Assembly (NCBI GenBank): GCA_043732485.1
Contig: JAYTHP010000230.1
Location: forward strand, 1-54,584
Reading direction: 5' to 3'
Length of the DNA: 54,584 nucleotides
Source of the DNA: Oligoflexia bacterium
GTDB taxonomy: Bacteria > Bdellovibrionota > UBA1018
Both the position numbers and the translations under genes were made by a program. The stretch's first letter is position 1. Each line of letters starts with the position of its first letter. Below, piece by piece: positions 43,622-54,079 of this stretch. The notes under the pieces are model-generated. The model was not told the origin of the DNA. It made no database searches and was given only the letters and a program-made list of their open reading frames with translations.

Positions 43622-44673
43622 GTCACACCTCTGATCGGTTCTAACAGCGAAAGCGTCCACTCCGTCATCGCCAACGACTTCATGTCGGCTTGGACTCGCT
43701 CACGCACCTGCGGTCGGTTTTCAATCAGTACTAACAACACATCCGCTTGCATCGCACCACTGCCTTTCACCCCCAGCACGCCTGGGATCCTACGCAACCG
43801 CTCCCGCTCCGACGAGGTGGCGGCAATTTCTAAGCCCCGGAGGGCTAATTGATCACCAAACTGGTTCATGCAGTGCCCCAAACGCTGCCAATCCCTGGTC
43901 TCTAAGGCCTTTTTCCCCTCCTCCACCCACTGCGCCAGCTGCGCAAGCCATGAGGCTTGTAAAACGCCTGCGCCACTACCACCGCTCCCACTGCCTGTCA
44001 CCCAGCCGCGCAAATGCTCGTGCGTGACCACCTTCCGCGAGGGCTCGCTTGGCGCAAAAATTAGCAAGCAAGCCGTATCACCTGCTGGCCCTTGAAACGC
44101 CGCTTGTAAATTCTCTACCCTGCCGCGCTTCGCATCAAAGTAAGTCAGCCCCCCCTGCCACTGAGCCACCAAATCCGCCCCGCTTGGGGTCACGCCCGGG
44201 GGTGAGGCCTGCAACAACTTGCGGTAACACTGCCAGGATGCTTCCCAGCCGGTTTTCCCAAAAAAAGCGCGGTAACCGAGCGCAAATTGGGCACTCGACG
44301 CGCCAAACCCGCCAAAAGCCTTCAAAGCAAACGGGTCATGAAACTGATACTTCCACGATGAAAAGGGCGCGGCGGCACCTCCTTCCTGCTGCTGCACATC
44401 CCCCAGCAACAACCCCGCGGCTGCTGCGCCTTCCGTGGCCAATAACCTCCCAAACGGTGAGTCAGGATGCGGGCTCCAATCGTCAGGCGCGCTTTTTTGG
44501 CTAACTTGCAACTCAAAGCGTTGGTTGAGGGTGACCAGTAACGCCGGATCGCCTTGTAAAGCCGCGTACTCGCCTAATAAAAACACCTTAGCAGGCACAC
44601 TAAAGCGCGCTAAAACCGAAGGTGATGGCGACAGGAGTGAAGAGGACGGGGCTTCGGCATCAAGTTCCTCCAC
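43600..44673 (-). CDS. Divergent GHMP kinase, probable phosphomevalonate kinase
   Basis: PAKVFLLGEYA, GGFGASSA, PSGADL, KGSGA; located inside the mevalonate cluster. Confidence 0.75.
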   Translation of the reverse strand: MEELDAEAPSSSLLSPSPSVLARFSVPAKVFLLGEYAALQGDPALLVTLNQRFELQVSQKSAPDDWSPHPDSPFGRLLATEGAAAAGLLLGDVQQQEGGAAAPFSSWKYQFHDPFALKAFGGFGASSAQFALGYRAFFGKTGWEASWQCYRKLLQASPPGVTPSGADLVAQWQGGLTYFDAKRGRVENLQAAFQGPAGDTACLLIFAPSEPSRKVVTHEHLRGWVTGSGSGGSGAGVLQASWLAQLAQWVEEGKKALETRDWQRLGHCMNQFGDQLALRGLEIAATSSERERLRRIPGVLGVKGSGAMQADVLLVLIENRPQVRERVQADMKSLAMTEWTLSLLEPIRGVTWHPTTH

Positions 44674-45967
44674 GGCGCAACTCCTCTAAAATCGCTTGCG
44701 CCTGCTGCGCGTGAATCGCTTGCCCCTGCTCCACCCGTTTTTGCAACTGCGCTTGCACCCAAGCCAGCTCCTCAGGGCGCGCCCCCGAGGCAAGCGCTAA
44801 ATTGGCAGCATGCAGCTTCATGTGCCCTTTGACAATCCCGCCCGGGTTGACTAGCGCTCTGAGCGCCGCTAGGTTTTGCACTAACCCCACGCCCACGCAG
44901 ATCCTGGCTAAATCACTGGCTTTTTTTACCCTAAGCATTTTTAAGGCCACCTGCGCCACCGGATGCACCCGCGTCACTCCGCCTACGATTCCAACGGAAA
45001 GCGGCAGCTCAAGCTGACCGCGTAACTCACCACGTTCGGCGTCGTGCGTCCAGCGACTGAGCGCTTGATAGTGCCCCGTGCGCGCGGCATAGGCGTGCGC
45101 CCCGGCTTCCACCGCCCGCCAATCATTACCCGTAGCCAGCAACACCGGATCAATTCCATTTAAAATGCCTTTATTGTGGGTGGCCGCGCGGTAAGGATCG
45201 AGCTGGGCAAATAAACTGGCTTCGGCAATTTTTTGACTCAACTCACGGCCGACCCCCTGTAACTTCACCTCCGCGGTCGCCAATTGCTGATCCCCGAGGT
45301 TCGAGAGAATACAAAGCCCGACTGTTTCCTGAGTGAGCCGCTCCAGGACCGGCCTGAGACTTTCACACACCTGATTGACGCCGTTAGCCCCCATCGCATC
45401 CACCGGATCAAAAAAGAGATGCACCACCAGCATCTCATCACCCTCAGGGCGCGCAAGCCTACGAATCTCCCAGTCTTGCACCCCTCCACCACGCTTGACC
45501 CAACTCGCACACGTCTGATTCGCCAACGCTAACAGCTCACTTTTTTGTGCCTCAAGCAAACCTTGCGTCTGCCTGGCGCTCTTGACCCGCGGAAACTGAA
45601 TTTGCCCAATCAGCCAGTTGCGCCGCATCGCCGTGGTCAGCGTCCCGTGGGCCGCCACCCACTTGGCAGTCGCACTGGCAGCCGCAATGATCGAGGTTTC
45701 TTCCACCACCATCGGGATACAAAAGTCCTGCCCATCAATGCGAAAACTGGTGGCCACCCCAAGCGGCAGCGTAAAAGCCCCCACCACGTTCTCCACTAGA
45801 TGCTCTAACACCTCCCAAGCCACGGGCTGCGCGCCGCCTAACACGGCTTGCTCGCTTGCCGTTAGGTCACAAAACGCCCGCACTGCCTCCAGCCGCTCCT
45901 GCCTGCTTAAGCGATGAAACCCGGAAACCAAGGGTGGGTGAGGGGCAGAAAGGTCGCTTCGTGTCAT
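44660..45967 (-). CDS. mvaA: HMG-CoA reductase, class II
   Basis: ENVVG, PMVVEETSIIAA, DAMGAN, RAATHNKGILNGID, GNDWRAVEAGAH, GHMKLH. Confidence 0.96.
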   Translation of the reverse strand: MTRSDLSAPHPPLVSGFHRLSRQERLEAVRAFCDLTASEQAVLGGAQPVAWEVLEHLVENVVGAFTLPLGVATSFRIDGQDFCIPMVVEETSIIAAASATAKWVAAHGTLTTAMRRNWLIGQIQFPRVKSARQTQGLLEAQKSELLALANQTCASWVKRGGGVQDWEIRRLARPEGDEMLVVHLFFDPVDAMGANGVNQVCESLRPVLERLTQETVGLCILSNLGDQQLATAEVKLQGVGRELSQKIAEASLFAQLDPYRAATHNKGILNGIDPVLLATGNDWRAVEAGAHAYAARTGHYQALSRWTHDAERGELRGQLELPLSVGIVGGVTRVHPVAQVALKMLRVKKASDLARICVGVGLVQNLAALRALVNPGGIVKGHMKLHAANLALASGARPEELAWVQAQLQKRVEQGQAIHAQQAQAILEELRRGGT

Positions 45968-47211
45968 TGCTTTTTGCGCTCCTTGGACCCAGCTCGTTCA
46001 CGGTGAGCGCGTGGCGGCGTCGTTATTTTTTTTAACCCACGAGCAGCAGCACTCGGTTGACCAGATGCTGCAGGTGCTTGGGCGAGTAGACGCAAAAAAC
46101 TATGACGCTGCCGCAACTCGCCGAGCGTCCTGGACCCAGTGCAAAACAAGGCCACTTTGAGTTCAAATTCCTGCAAGGCCATCCAATGCAACAGCGCTTG
46201 CTCACTTTCTAGCGCCGCACTAAGCGCCGGCTGAGCGTAACCCACCCGGTCCGCCCCAAGCGCCAGCAACTTCGCAGCGTCAAGCCCCGAGCGCACCCCG
46301 CCTGAAGCCCAAACGGCGGTGGCTTGCGCGTCAGGCGGCAAGACGTGCGCGCCATCACTTGCTTGCTGCTGCTTGAACACCGCTACCGCCGCTTGCACGG
46401 AATCGTGCGTGGAAATTCCCCAGTTGGCAAAGGTCTGTGCGGCTGCCGCTTGCAGTGAGCGTTGCGGTGCCCGTCCGCCTTCGATCCTCCCCCAATGCGT
46501 CCCCCCTAAACCGCTCATATCGACTGCAGCAAGCCTGAGCGGTTGTAAGCGCCGCAAGGTGGAAAGCGAAAAACCACAGCCGGTTTCTTTCACCACAAGC
46601 GGGGTGGCCAGTTGCTGGGCCACGGCGCGAATCGCAGCAAGTGCCCCTTGAAACTGCGGCGTGCCTTCCGGCTGTAAAACCTCTTGCAGCGGGTTCAAAT
46701 GAATCACCAAAGCATCAGCCCAGCAAGCCTCGATTAAATCCTCAAGCTCACTGATTTGCGCTGGGATCACTTGGGTGATGCCTAGATTAGCAAGCAAGAT
46801 CAGCTCAGGGGCCTCACGGCGCAAACGTGCCCAGTTGTCCAAGGTCTTGACCGTCCCAGTCCGACTCGGCTTGGCCCGCAACTGCTCTAAATCCCGGCGC
46901 TGAGAGCCCACGCCCAACACCCAGCCTCTTTTTTCGCAGGCTTTGGCTAAACGGTGATTAATCGCAAAGGCCTTAGCGTGGCCTGCCGTCATGCCTGAGA
47001 TGTAAAAGGGGGTTGGCGTGACGCGCCCGAAACAATGACTCGTCAAATCGACCTCTGCGAAGGCGAAATCGGGTAAGGCCTCATGCAGCAACTTAATTTG
47101 CGCAAGACCATGGCACTCCGCTGCCGCCTGATTACTGGGATGCAAGGCCTGCTCAATGTGCTGACGCTTGCGCTCCTCAAACTGCTTGAACTGAAAGCTT
47201 TGCCTTTTCAT
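45964..47211 (-). CDS. fni: Type 2 isopentenyl-diphosphate isomerase
   Basis: RKRQHI, ISGMTAG, GVGSQR, HLNPLQE..QPEG, VKETGCG, GGTHW, ASGGVRSG. Confidence 0.95.
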   Translation of the reverse strand: MKRQSFQFKQFEERKRQHIEQALHPSNQAAAECHGLAQIKLLHEALPDFAFAEVDLTSHCFGRVTPTPFYISGMTAGHAKAFAINHRLAKACEKRGWVLGVGSQRRDLEQLRAKPSRTGTVKTLDNWARLRREAPELILLANLGITQVIPAQISELEDLIEACWADALVIHLNPLQEVLQPEGTPQFQGALAAIRAVAQQLATPLVVKETGCGFSLSTLRRLQPLRLAAVDMSGLGGTHWGRIEGGRAPQRSLQAAAAQTFANWGISTHDSVQAAVAVFKQQQASDGAHVLPPDAQATAVWASGGVRSGLDAAKLLALGADRVGYAQPALSAALESEQALLHWMALQEFELKVALFCTGSRTLGELRQRHSFLRLLAQAPAASGQPSAAARGLKKITTPPRAHRERAGSKERKKQ

Positions 47212-47706
47212 CGGTCTTTTCCTTGGTTTGCGGACTTCTCACTGATAGCTGAAACGAAAGCTTTTTTCACGGACTTTTCAGTCGGTGCTCGCTGCCCCCC
47301 CTCATCCCGCTTTCTTGCAATTACACCACAAATCCCGCGCGAAGCCATCCCCCAAAACCGCTGCGCTAAGTAAAAAGCCTCGCAAAAAATGCGCAAGCGG
47401 CAGAAGGGACCAAAGGCATGAGGGGGTGAGGGCAGAGAGGGGAGGGGCGTCGGAACCGCTTGAATAATTTTTTCGGCTGCACACCAAAGAGTGTTAGGCT
47501 AGGAGAGGTGGGAGAACCCCTCAAGCTTGCTCAGTTTTTACAACCTCCAGAAGAAAGCACAAAAAAGTTCAAGCCGCGCTAGGCCAAGACGCGCAGGCTT
47601 TAATGAAACAGAATGAAAAGGGCAGAGCAAGACAGCGGGTGGGTGAAAATCAAACGATCAGCACCACCAGGAGCCAAAGAAAGCGCGAGGTGAGAGAGCA
47701 CAAGCC

Positions 47707-49038
47707 ATGACCCAAGAACCCCTAGCCCCCTCCGCATCGTCTCCTCACCACCAGCAGCAACACCAGAGCTCCGCGCCCAAGCGCTTTTTTACCCGCACTG
47801 GCGTCTTGCGATCCCTGGCTCTGTGCGCCCTTTTCACTGGGGCTCCGATTTTTCTCTGGATTCGCAGTGAATTCCGCCAAGAGGCCTCCCCCCCTTCGTC
47901 GACCCTTTCCAGCGTAAACTGGCTGAGGTCCACCGCGAACTTGGCATGGCAGGAGGCCAGCAGCCGGGCTGCCAGTTTTTTCAAAGCCCAAGCGCTTGCC
48001 CGTCTGTTGAACTTGCCTAGCGCCAAGATTTTGACGAAAACTAGTGCCATTGATCCCAAATCACTCATTACCCAAACGGCCACCACCACGCTGGCCCCGA
48101 AAATCCCTACCGATCGGCTCGCTGAGTACGACATTCGTGAGCTCAATTACGTGTCGATTCATCAAGGAGAGAAGCAATGGAAAATTGAAGCCGACTCAGC
48201 CAACCTGTTTCAGCAAGAGCGCCTGGTGCACGGCCGCGCGATTCGCGCTTACTTGTTTGACCCAGGCAATCTCACCACCCGAATTGCCGGGCAAGAAGCG
48301 AAATACTTTTTAAACGAGCAGGACTTGGAGGTTTTTGGTGCGGTTCAGACGCAATTTCCTGATGGTTTTGAGACCTTAAGTTCCTATTTGCGCTATCAAC
48401 CGCAACAAAAACTAATCCTCATCCCACCCACCTACCAGGTCAAGGGCGACAGTCATGAAGCACAGGGACAAAACTTCCATTTTCAATCCGGTGGACTGCG
48501 TTACGGCATGGGTGAGGAGAGGATTATTCTCTCGTCGCGTGCCAAAGTTACCTTACGTCACCCGTCAAGCGCTCAACCGCAGCCGCAAGACCTTGAGGCC
48601 GGCGTGCCCTCTTTTACCACTATTGAAGCGGACCAATGCTTGATTGATCGCGCCCAGAAAATCGCACTCTTTACCATGCGCGCTGATCGTCCGGCCCATC
48701 AACGCTTCGTGCACATCACCCAACCGACGCTTTACACCCAAGCCAGGCGGGCCACCCTCCATTATGGTGACTTTTCACAAGTTCTGCAATACCTCACGGC
48801 CTATGACGAGGTCTTTATCAAGGAAATAGGGCCTGACGCAAGCTCACCGCTCCGCTACGCCACAGGTGGTGAAGCGAATTTTGACACCCAAAAAGACCTG
48901 ATCACCCTCACTCGCTTCCCCCAGGTCTACCAAGACCAAGACACCGTCACAGGCGAGCAAATTATCCTACACCGCAACTCAAATCTGATAGAAATCCAAC
49001 ACAGTAATGCCTTTAGCAATGGAGCGGAGCCGCAATGA
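47707..49038 (+). CDS. lptC: LptC-family LPS export protein with a C-terminal LptA/OstA-like region
   Basis: N-terminal TM; WKIEADSA, G.V....DGF..L.Y; C-terminal ATGGEANFD..DLITLT..PQVYQDQDTVTGEQIIL; directly upstream of lptB. Confidence 0.75.
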   Translation: MTQEPLAPSASSPHHQQQHQSSAPKRFFTRTGVLRSLALCALFTGAPIFLWIRSEFRQEASPPSSTLSSVNWLRSTANLAWQEASSRAASFFKAQALARLLNLPSAKILTKTSAIDPKSLITQTATTTLAPKIPTDRLAEYDIRELNYVSIHQGEKQWKIEADSANLFQQERLVHGRAIRAYLFDPGNLTTRIAGQEAKYFLNEQDLEVFGAVQTQFPDGFETLSSYLRYQPQQKLILIPPTYQVKGDSHEAQGQNFHFQSGGLRYGMGEERIILSSRAKVTLRHPSSAQPQPQDLEAGVPSFTTIEADQCLIDRAQKIALFTMRADRPAHQRFVHITQPTLYTQARRATLHYGDFSQVLQYLTAYDEVFIKEIGPDASSPLRYATGGEANFDTQKDLITLTRFPQVYQDQDTVTGEQIILHRNSNLIEIQHSNAFSNGAEPQ

Positions 49039-49793
49039 TCTTCACACCCCCCCCTTCCTCGACCCCTCCCCCTTCCAAGATTCAAGCCTTTAACTTACAA
49101 AAAAGCTTTCAAGGCCGCCCAGTGGTGGCAGGCATTGATCTGGAGGTGACCGCAGGCCAGGTGGTTGGTTTACTGGGGCCCAACGGCGCTGGTAAAACCA
49201 CCACCTTTTATATGATTGTCGGCCTGATTGCCCCCGATCATGGCAGCGTGCGTTACCAAGCGCAAGACATCACGAAGTGGCCGATGTATCGCCGGGCCCG
49301 GCAAGGGATTGCTTACCTCCCCCAAGAGGCCTCCGTTTTTCGTAAAATGACGGTGGCTGAGAATATTGTTTGCGTGTTGGAGACCCTTTACTTGTCGCAA
49401 AGTGAGCGAAAATCGAGACTTGCACGCTTATTGGCTGATTTTAACATTGAAAATATTCAAAATCAAAAGGCCTTCACTTTATCCGGCGGCGAGCGTAGGC
49501 GAGTGGAGGTGGCACGCGCCTTGGCCCTCAACCCCAAGTTTTTACTGCTCGATGAGCCTTTTGCAGGAATTGACCCGATTGCCATCCAAGATATTCAAAG
49601 AATGATTCAAATTTTAGCCAAACAAGGCATCGGTATCCTGATTACCGATCATAATGTTCGAGAAACTCTCGAAATTTGTGATTTGGGTTATTTGCTCAAT
49701 AATGGTAAAATTTTAGAAAAGGGTACACCAAGCGAAATCGTCCAAAGCAAAACCGCCCGTAATACTTATCTGGGAGAGCACTTTAAACTTTGA
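49035..49793 (+). CDS. lptB: LPS export ABC transporter ATPase
   Basis: GPNGAGKTTTFYMIVG, YLPQEASVFRK, LSGGERRRVE, LLDEPFAGIDP, ITDHNVRETL. Confidence 0.97.
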   Translation: MIFTPPPSSTPPPSKIQAFNLQKSFQGRPVVAGIDLEVTAGQVVGLLGPNGAGKTTTFYMIVGLIAPDHGSVRYQAQDITKWPMYRRARQGIAYLPQEASVFRKMTVAENIVCVLETLYLSQSERKSRLARLLADFNIENIQNQKAFTLSGGERRRVEVARALALNPKFLLLDEPFAGIDPIAIQDIQRMIQILAKQGIGILITDHNVRETLEICDLGYLLNNGKILEKGTPSEIVQSKTARNTYLGEHFKL

Positions 49794-49808
49794 AGGAAAT
49801 TCAGCATC

Positions 49809-51287
49809 ATGGCATTTGAGATCAAACAAAGTCTAAGACTCAGTCAACAACTGGTCATGACCCCGCAGCTTCAGCAGGCAATCAAGCTGCTCCAACTCAC
49901 CCGGATGGAATTACAAGAAGTGGTCACCCAGGAAATGATGGAAAATCCCATCCTGGAAGAATTAACCGAAGCAACCGAAACCACCTCACTCACTGCCAGC
50001 GACGACGGCCGTGACCCGGAAGCTGAACAACAGCGCGACGAAGACGCCTTCCTCAAACCAAAATCGACCGAAGAACCACTCAGCAACCCCCAGGATGACC
50101 TGAATTGGGAAAACTACATCGAAGAATTTAATTCCTCACCCAGCTCCAGCGCACCGATGCGGGAAGTCAACGAAGAGCTGCCGAGCTTTGAAAACGTCCT
50201 GACCAAGACCACCAGCCTGGAAGAACACCTGCACTGGCAACTCTCGATGATCACCCTGACGCCTGCTGAAAAAAATCTTGGCGAGCTGATCATCGGTAAT
50301 CTCTCCGAAGACGGCTACTTGAAAGCGAACCTGGCTGAGCTTGCACAAGAAGTGCAACTCGAGCTGGAAGACGCCCAAGAGCTCCTAAAAATCATCCATC
50401 ACTTTGACCCCCTCGGAGTAGCTTCGCAAAACCTGCAAGAGTGCTTGCTCATTCAAGCCCGGCTACTCATCCCCCGCCAACCCCTCGTGGAGCAAATGCT
50501 TGATTCCCACCTCCCAGAATTAGAGAAGAAAAACTACGCCGCCATTGCCAAGGCCCTCGCCGTGCCGCTAGAGAAAATTATCCAAGCCACCCGTGTGATT
50601 CTAGACTTTGAACCGAAGCCGGGTCATTTGTTTAACACTGGCGACACGCAGTATATCACGCCTGATATTTACGTCTACAAAGTGGCCGAAGAGTTCATCA
50701 TCGTCTTAAACGATGACGGCATGCCAAAACTACGCATCTCACCCTATTATAAAAACATCTTAGCGGGCATGCAAAAAAACCAAAACAAGATCACCAAGGA
50801 GTATATGCAAGAGAAGCTCAGATCAGCTGTCTGGCTGATCCGCTCGATCCATAATCGGCAAAAGACCATCCACAAGGTCACGGAAGCAATCGTCAAAAGA
50901 CAGCATGATTTTTTCGAAAAAGGTGTACAATTCCTTAAGCCCTTAGTGCTTCGCGAAGTCGCCCAAGACATCGGAATGCACGAATCCACCATTTCCCGCG
51001 TCACCACCAATAAGTTCGTGCACACGCCTATGGGGATCTTTGAGCTGAAGTATTTTTTTAACTCCAGCATCCACACCGCCGACGGGAGCGAATCCTTGGG
51101 CAGCGAAGCGGTAAAAGAAAAGATCAAACACCTGATCCAGCGGGAAAACCCCCGCAATCCGCTTTCTGATCAAAAACTGGTCGAGCTACTACGCAGCAGC
51201 AATATCGACATTGCTCGCAGAACCGTGGCCAAATACCGCGACGTTTTGGGGGTGTTATCCTCAGATAAGCGCAAAAAAGTGCTTTAA
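49809..51287 (+). CDS. rpoN: RNA polymerase sigma-54
   Basis: QQLVMTPQLQQAIKLLQL, HESTISRVT, ELKYFF, RpoN box ARRTVAKYR. Confidence 0.98.
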   Translation: MAFEIKQSLRLSQQLVMTPQLQQAIKLLQLTRMELQEVVTQEMMENPILEELTEATETTSLTASDDGRDPEAEQQRDEDAFLKPKSTEEPLSNPQDDLNWENYIEEFNSSPSSSAPMREVNEELPSFENVLTKTTSLEEHLHWQLSMITLTPAEKNLGELIIGNLSEDGYLKANLAELAQEVQLELEDAQELLKIIHHFDPLGVASQNLQECLLIQARLLIPRQPLVEQMLDSHLPELEKKNYAAIAKALAVPLEKIIQATRVILDFEPKPGHLFNTGDTQYITPDIYVYKVAEEFIIVLNDDGMPKLRISPYYKNILAGMQKNQNKITKEYMQEKLRSAVWLIRSIHNRQKTIHKVTEAIVKRQHDFFEKGVQFLKPLVLREVAQDIGMHESTISRVTTNKFVHTPMGIFELKYFFNSSIHTADGSESLGSEAVKEKIKHLIQRENPRNPLSDQKLVELLRSSNIDIARRTVAKYRDVLGVLSSDKRKKVL

Positions 51288-51399
51288 AGCCCCCCTTGAA
51301 AGCGCTAAGCCCCAAAATTACGCTGCTCGCGCAGCATCATCCTCCCCTCACACCGCGCAACTCACCCCTAGCCACTACTGACCCTCATCTAAGCTGCAG

Positions 51400-51921
51400 C
51401 TAGCCCGCATACTGAAAACCCGGTGGCAGATTGGGGCGTCCTCGCAGGTCAACGCGAAGTGGCCGAGCAGTGGCGGCAGGAGCCTCCCCATCCGGAATGG
51501 AAACCTTACAATTCACCGTGACGCAGATCGTCACATCTCGCATCAAAACTCCCTCACTATTGGCCGAGACCACTTCCGAAAGCACAGGCGCCGAAACTAT
51601 CCCCCCGTCAAGACCGGGAGTGCGAAAGGATTTTTGCAAATCATCGGACGCCTGATGCCAGGCAGCATTTTGCGCGCGCTGATTCCGCTCCCTGATCCAC
51701 TCACACTCCGAGGCATGAAGGAGCACATTCCAGAAACCCCGTGGCGCCTCGGGCATGGCCTCAGGCGCTGGAGGCTCAGCAGGAGACGATCCATAGCCGC
51801 AGACCAATGCTGGCAGAACTTGATGGGCAGCGGAATGCCCCAAAAAAGTGACACCTACTTGCAGGGCTTCTCCAGGCAGAAGAAGACCAAAGCCAAAAAG
51901 TGCTAATTTTGCTAATTTCAT
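51400..51921 (-). CDS. Hypothetical secreted protein
   Basis: AAGGA SD, MKLAKLALFGFGLLLPGEALQ signal-like N-terminus; no recognisable domain. Confidence 0.5.
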   Translation of the reverse strand: MKLAKLALFGFGLLLPGEALQVGVTFLGHSAAHQVLPALVCGYGSSPAEPPAPEAMPEAPRGFWNVLLHASECEWIRERNQRAQNAAWHQASDDLQKSFRTPGLDGGIVSAPVLSEVVSANSEGVLMRDVTICVTVNCKVSIPDGEAPAATARPLRVDLRGRPNLPPGFQYAG

Positions 51922-52442
51922 CTTTCAGTTATCCTTAATGCTTTTTAATGCTTTTTCTTTTTTTCCGCTCAGCTTGATACCGAAGCAGGTGAAAGAGTGA
52001 TCTTTTTCCTGATCGAGCTGAAAAGTCGCGGGTAACCCGTAAGCTGCTTGATCCGCTTTGGTCGATAGGCTTGGCGCTTGACTCCAACCTTATCACTTTT
52101 TTTCTACCATTATATTTCATTAACAAAGCAAAGCTTTTTTCCACTCGCTTCTTCCGAAGCAAGCCAAATTAAGTCACGGGCTGTCAAGCATTCTAATGTA
52201 AGTGAAGCTTTTACCGCAAAGACAAGAGACCCTCCCAGGGTGACAGCAGGCCTCCGCAGCACCCGCTCGGTTCTCTAATCAAGGCAATCAAGAAGCGGGG
52301 GGGGGGGATCGACCTACAATACAATCTTGCAAAAAGCTGACCCTCGCGTAATGGCCAGACGTCACGACACGGTCGGCCACCGTTTGCCCACCACCCTCAC
52401 CCCATTCATCGAGAAACCGCGAGCAACTTCCCTCGCTTACTG

Positions 52443-53690
52443 CTAAAAGCGCGCTTGCATATCTGAGAAAGCGCTAATGTAGAGTTCCGCAAAATAGCTG
52501 CTCGTCATCTGAGCTACAAACTCGCTCCCATTGGCAATCAGGCCGTCTGCGAGCTCCGGATGATCACGCAGCCGCAAAACCTGACTTTCCAATCTGCCAA
52601 GATCAGAGCCGATATCGAGATAATGCACTCCTTCTTCGAGCAGGGGATTAAAAAACTGCACCCAATTCGAGGTATGCAGCAGGACCGACCCCCCATGCAT
52701 GATCAAAAATGGACGCTCATAACTTGCTGAGGCACCGTCAACGTGAACCAGGTAGCGCGCATACGTCATGTACCGAGCAACTGGCATGCCAAACCTGACC
52801 GGCTCGTCACCAAAAAGGTAACTAAGCGCCTTTTGATATAACTTTTGGCTCTCCGTTGTCAGACTATGTCTGTCGTATTGGCTGTATCTAGCATTTAAAA
52901 TATCAGGTAACTGCAAAGACTTCAAAACCAGCTGATGCCGAACGGCCGTATCCATATTTTCCAGGTCAAAATGCTGCCAATTGATCCCATATTGCGACCC
53001 CCGCCAGAAGGCTAAATCACGTCTTTCTAAGAACGGCGTCCGCTCTCTTGCCTCACGCACTGCTTTTACCGACTCAGCATGCGCGCCACCAATCAGGTAA
53101 ACATCGGGCAGGAGATGCAAATTTTTTGAATATTTTTGATAATAGTCAACGGGCACTTCCACAAAAAGATACGGGATATCTTTGGGATGAAAGCGATTAA
53201 CGACTTCAGGCTGAATCATCGTTCCACCATCGGAAGGGCTGTAATAAAAATGAAAATCCTTATTTTTTTTTAGATAAGAAGCAACATTATTTTGGAGAAA
53301 CCAATGAAACTCCCAGGTTTTACTCCGCAAAAAAGGAGTAGCTTCTTCCCCCGGCAAGATGAACTTACCGCCCTGGAAATTCATCCGATAGCAGATACCA
53401 TTAGAAAGCTTAGGATTATCATTCAAGACCTTCACGGTCTCTTCAAAGTCACGTAGAAGCTCTGCATCATAGGGATGGGCACGGTCTTCAAGCGTTTGAC
53501 TCAGATGAGGATGGATGGTGTTCTCAAAACGCGCTTTTCGGAACTCGACAGGTTTCCTGGGAATGTCAGGAGAGTTTTGCGACCTGCTTTGTTTGGCTTG
53601 CGAAGTAATCGTGTGCTCAGCTGCACCACAACCCACCTGGAGCACTAAAAAAATTATCAAGAACGTTTTCAAATTCCAACTCCCTCTCAT
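52443..53690 (-). CDS. Glycosyltransferase family 90 (CAP10/POGLUT-like) with signal or lipoprotein peptide
   Basis: AFWRGS, RYLVHVDG.SAS, GSVLL, FFNPLL.EGVHY, L..HPE.A..LIANG.EF; N-terminus KTFLIIFLVLQVGC. Confidence 0.8.
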   Translation of the reverse strand: MRGSWNLKTFLIIFLVLQVGCGAAEHTITSQAKQSRSQNSPDIPRKPVEFRKARFENTIHPHLSQTLEDRAHPYDAELLRDFEETVKVLNDNPKLSNGICYRMNFQGGKFILPGEEATPFLRSKTWEFHWFLQNNVASYLKKNKDFHFYYSPSDGGTMIQPEVVNRFHPKDIPYLFVEVPVDYYQKYSKNLHLLPDVYLIGGAHAESVKAVREARERTPFLERRDLAFWRGSQYGINWQHFDLENMDTAVRHQLVLKSLQLPDILNARYSQYDRHSLTTESQKLYQKALSYLFGDEPVRFGMPVARYMTYARYLVHVDGASASYERPFLIMHGGSVLLHTSNWVQFFNPLLEEGVHYLDIGSDLGRLESQVLRLRDHPELADGLIANGSEFVAQMTSSYFAELYISAFSDMQARF

Positions 53691-54079
53691 TGACTGCCCA
53701 AGCGACTGTCTATGCAATGCAATACGTTATTACTTTTAAGATTTTTCCAAAACTAAAACCACAGCACAGCTGGCTCGAGCCCTCACTGACTATGGTTCTC
53801 TGAACCAAGACTCGAAACCGCAGATAAAACCATCTCTTTTTTGGTCTCAAAAGTCCACCTAAGAAAAAGTAAGCCATCATGAATTTTTTGGCAAGCTTTA
53901 GACCTCAAGCAGAATTTGAACAGAATATCATAGCGATGACTTTCTTTAAAGAAGACTATTTGTTTCAAGTTTTGGAACGACCTCGACGCAAGCCAGAACG
54001 CCAAGGCGCCAGGGAAATCACCATTACCCGTCCTTGATGAACAGAACTTGTAAGACCTTAAGCGAGCAGTAGAAAGCGC

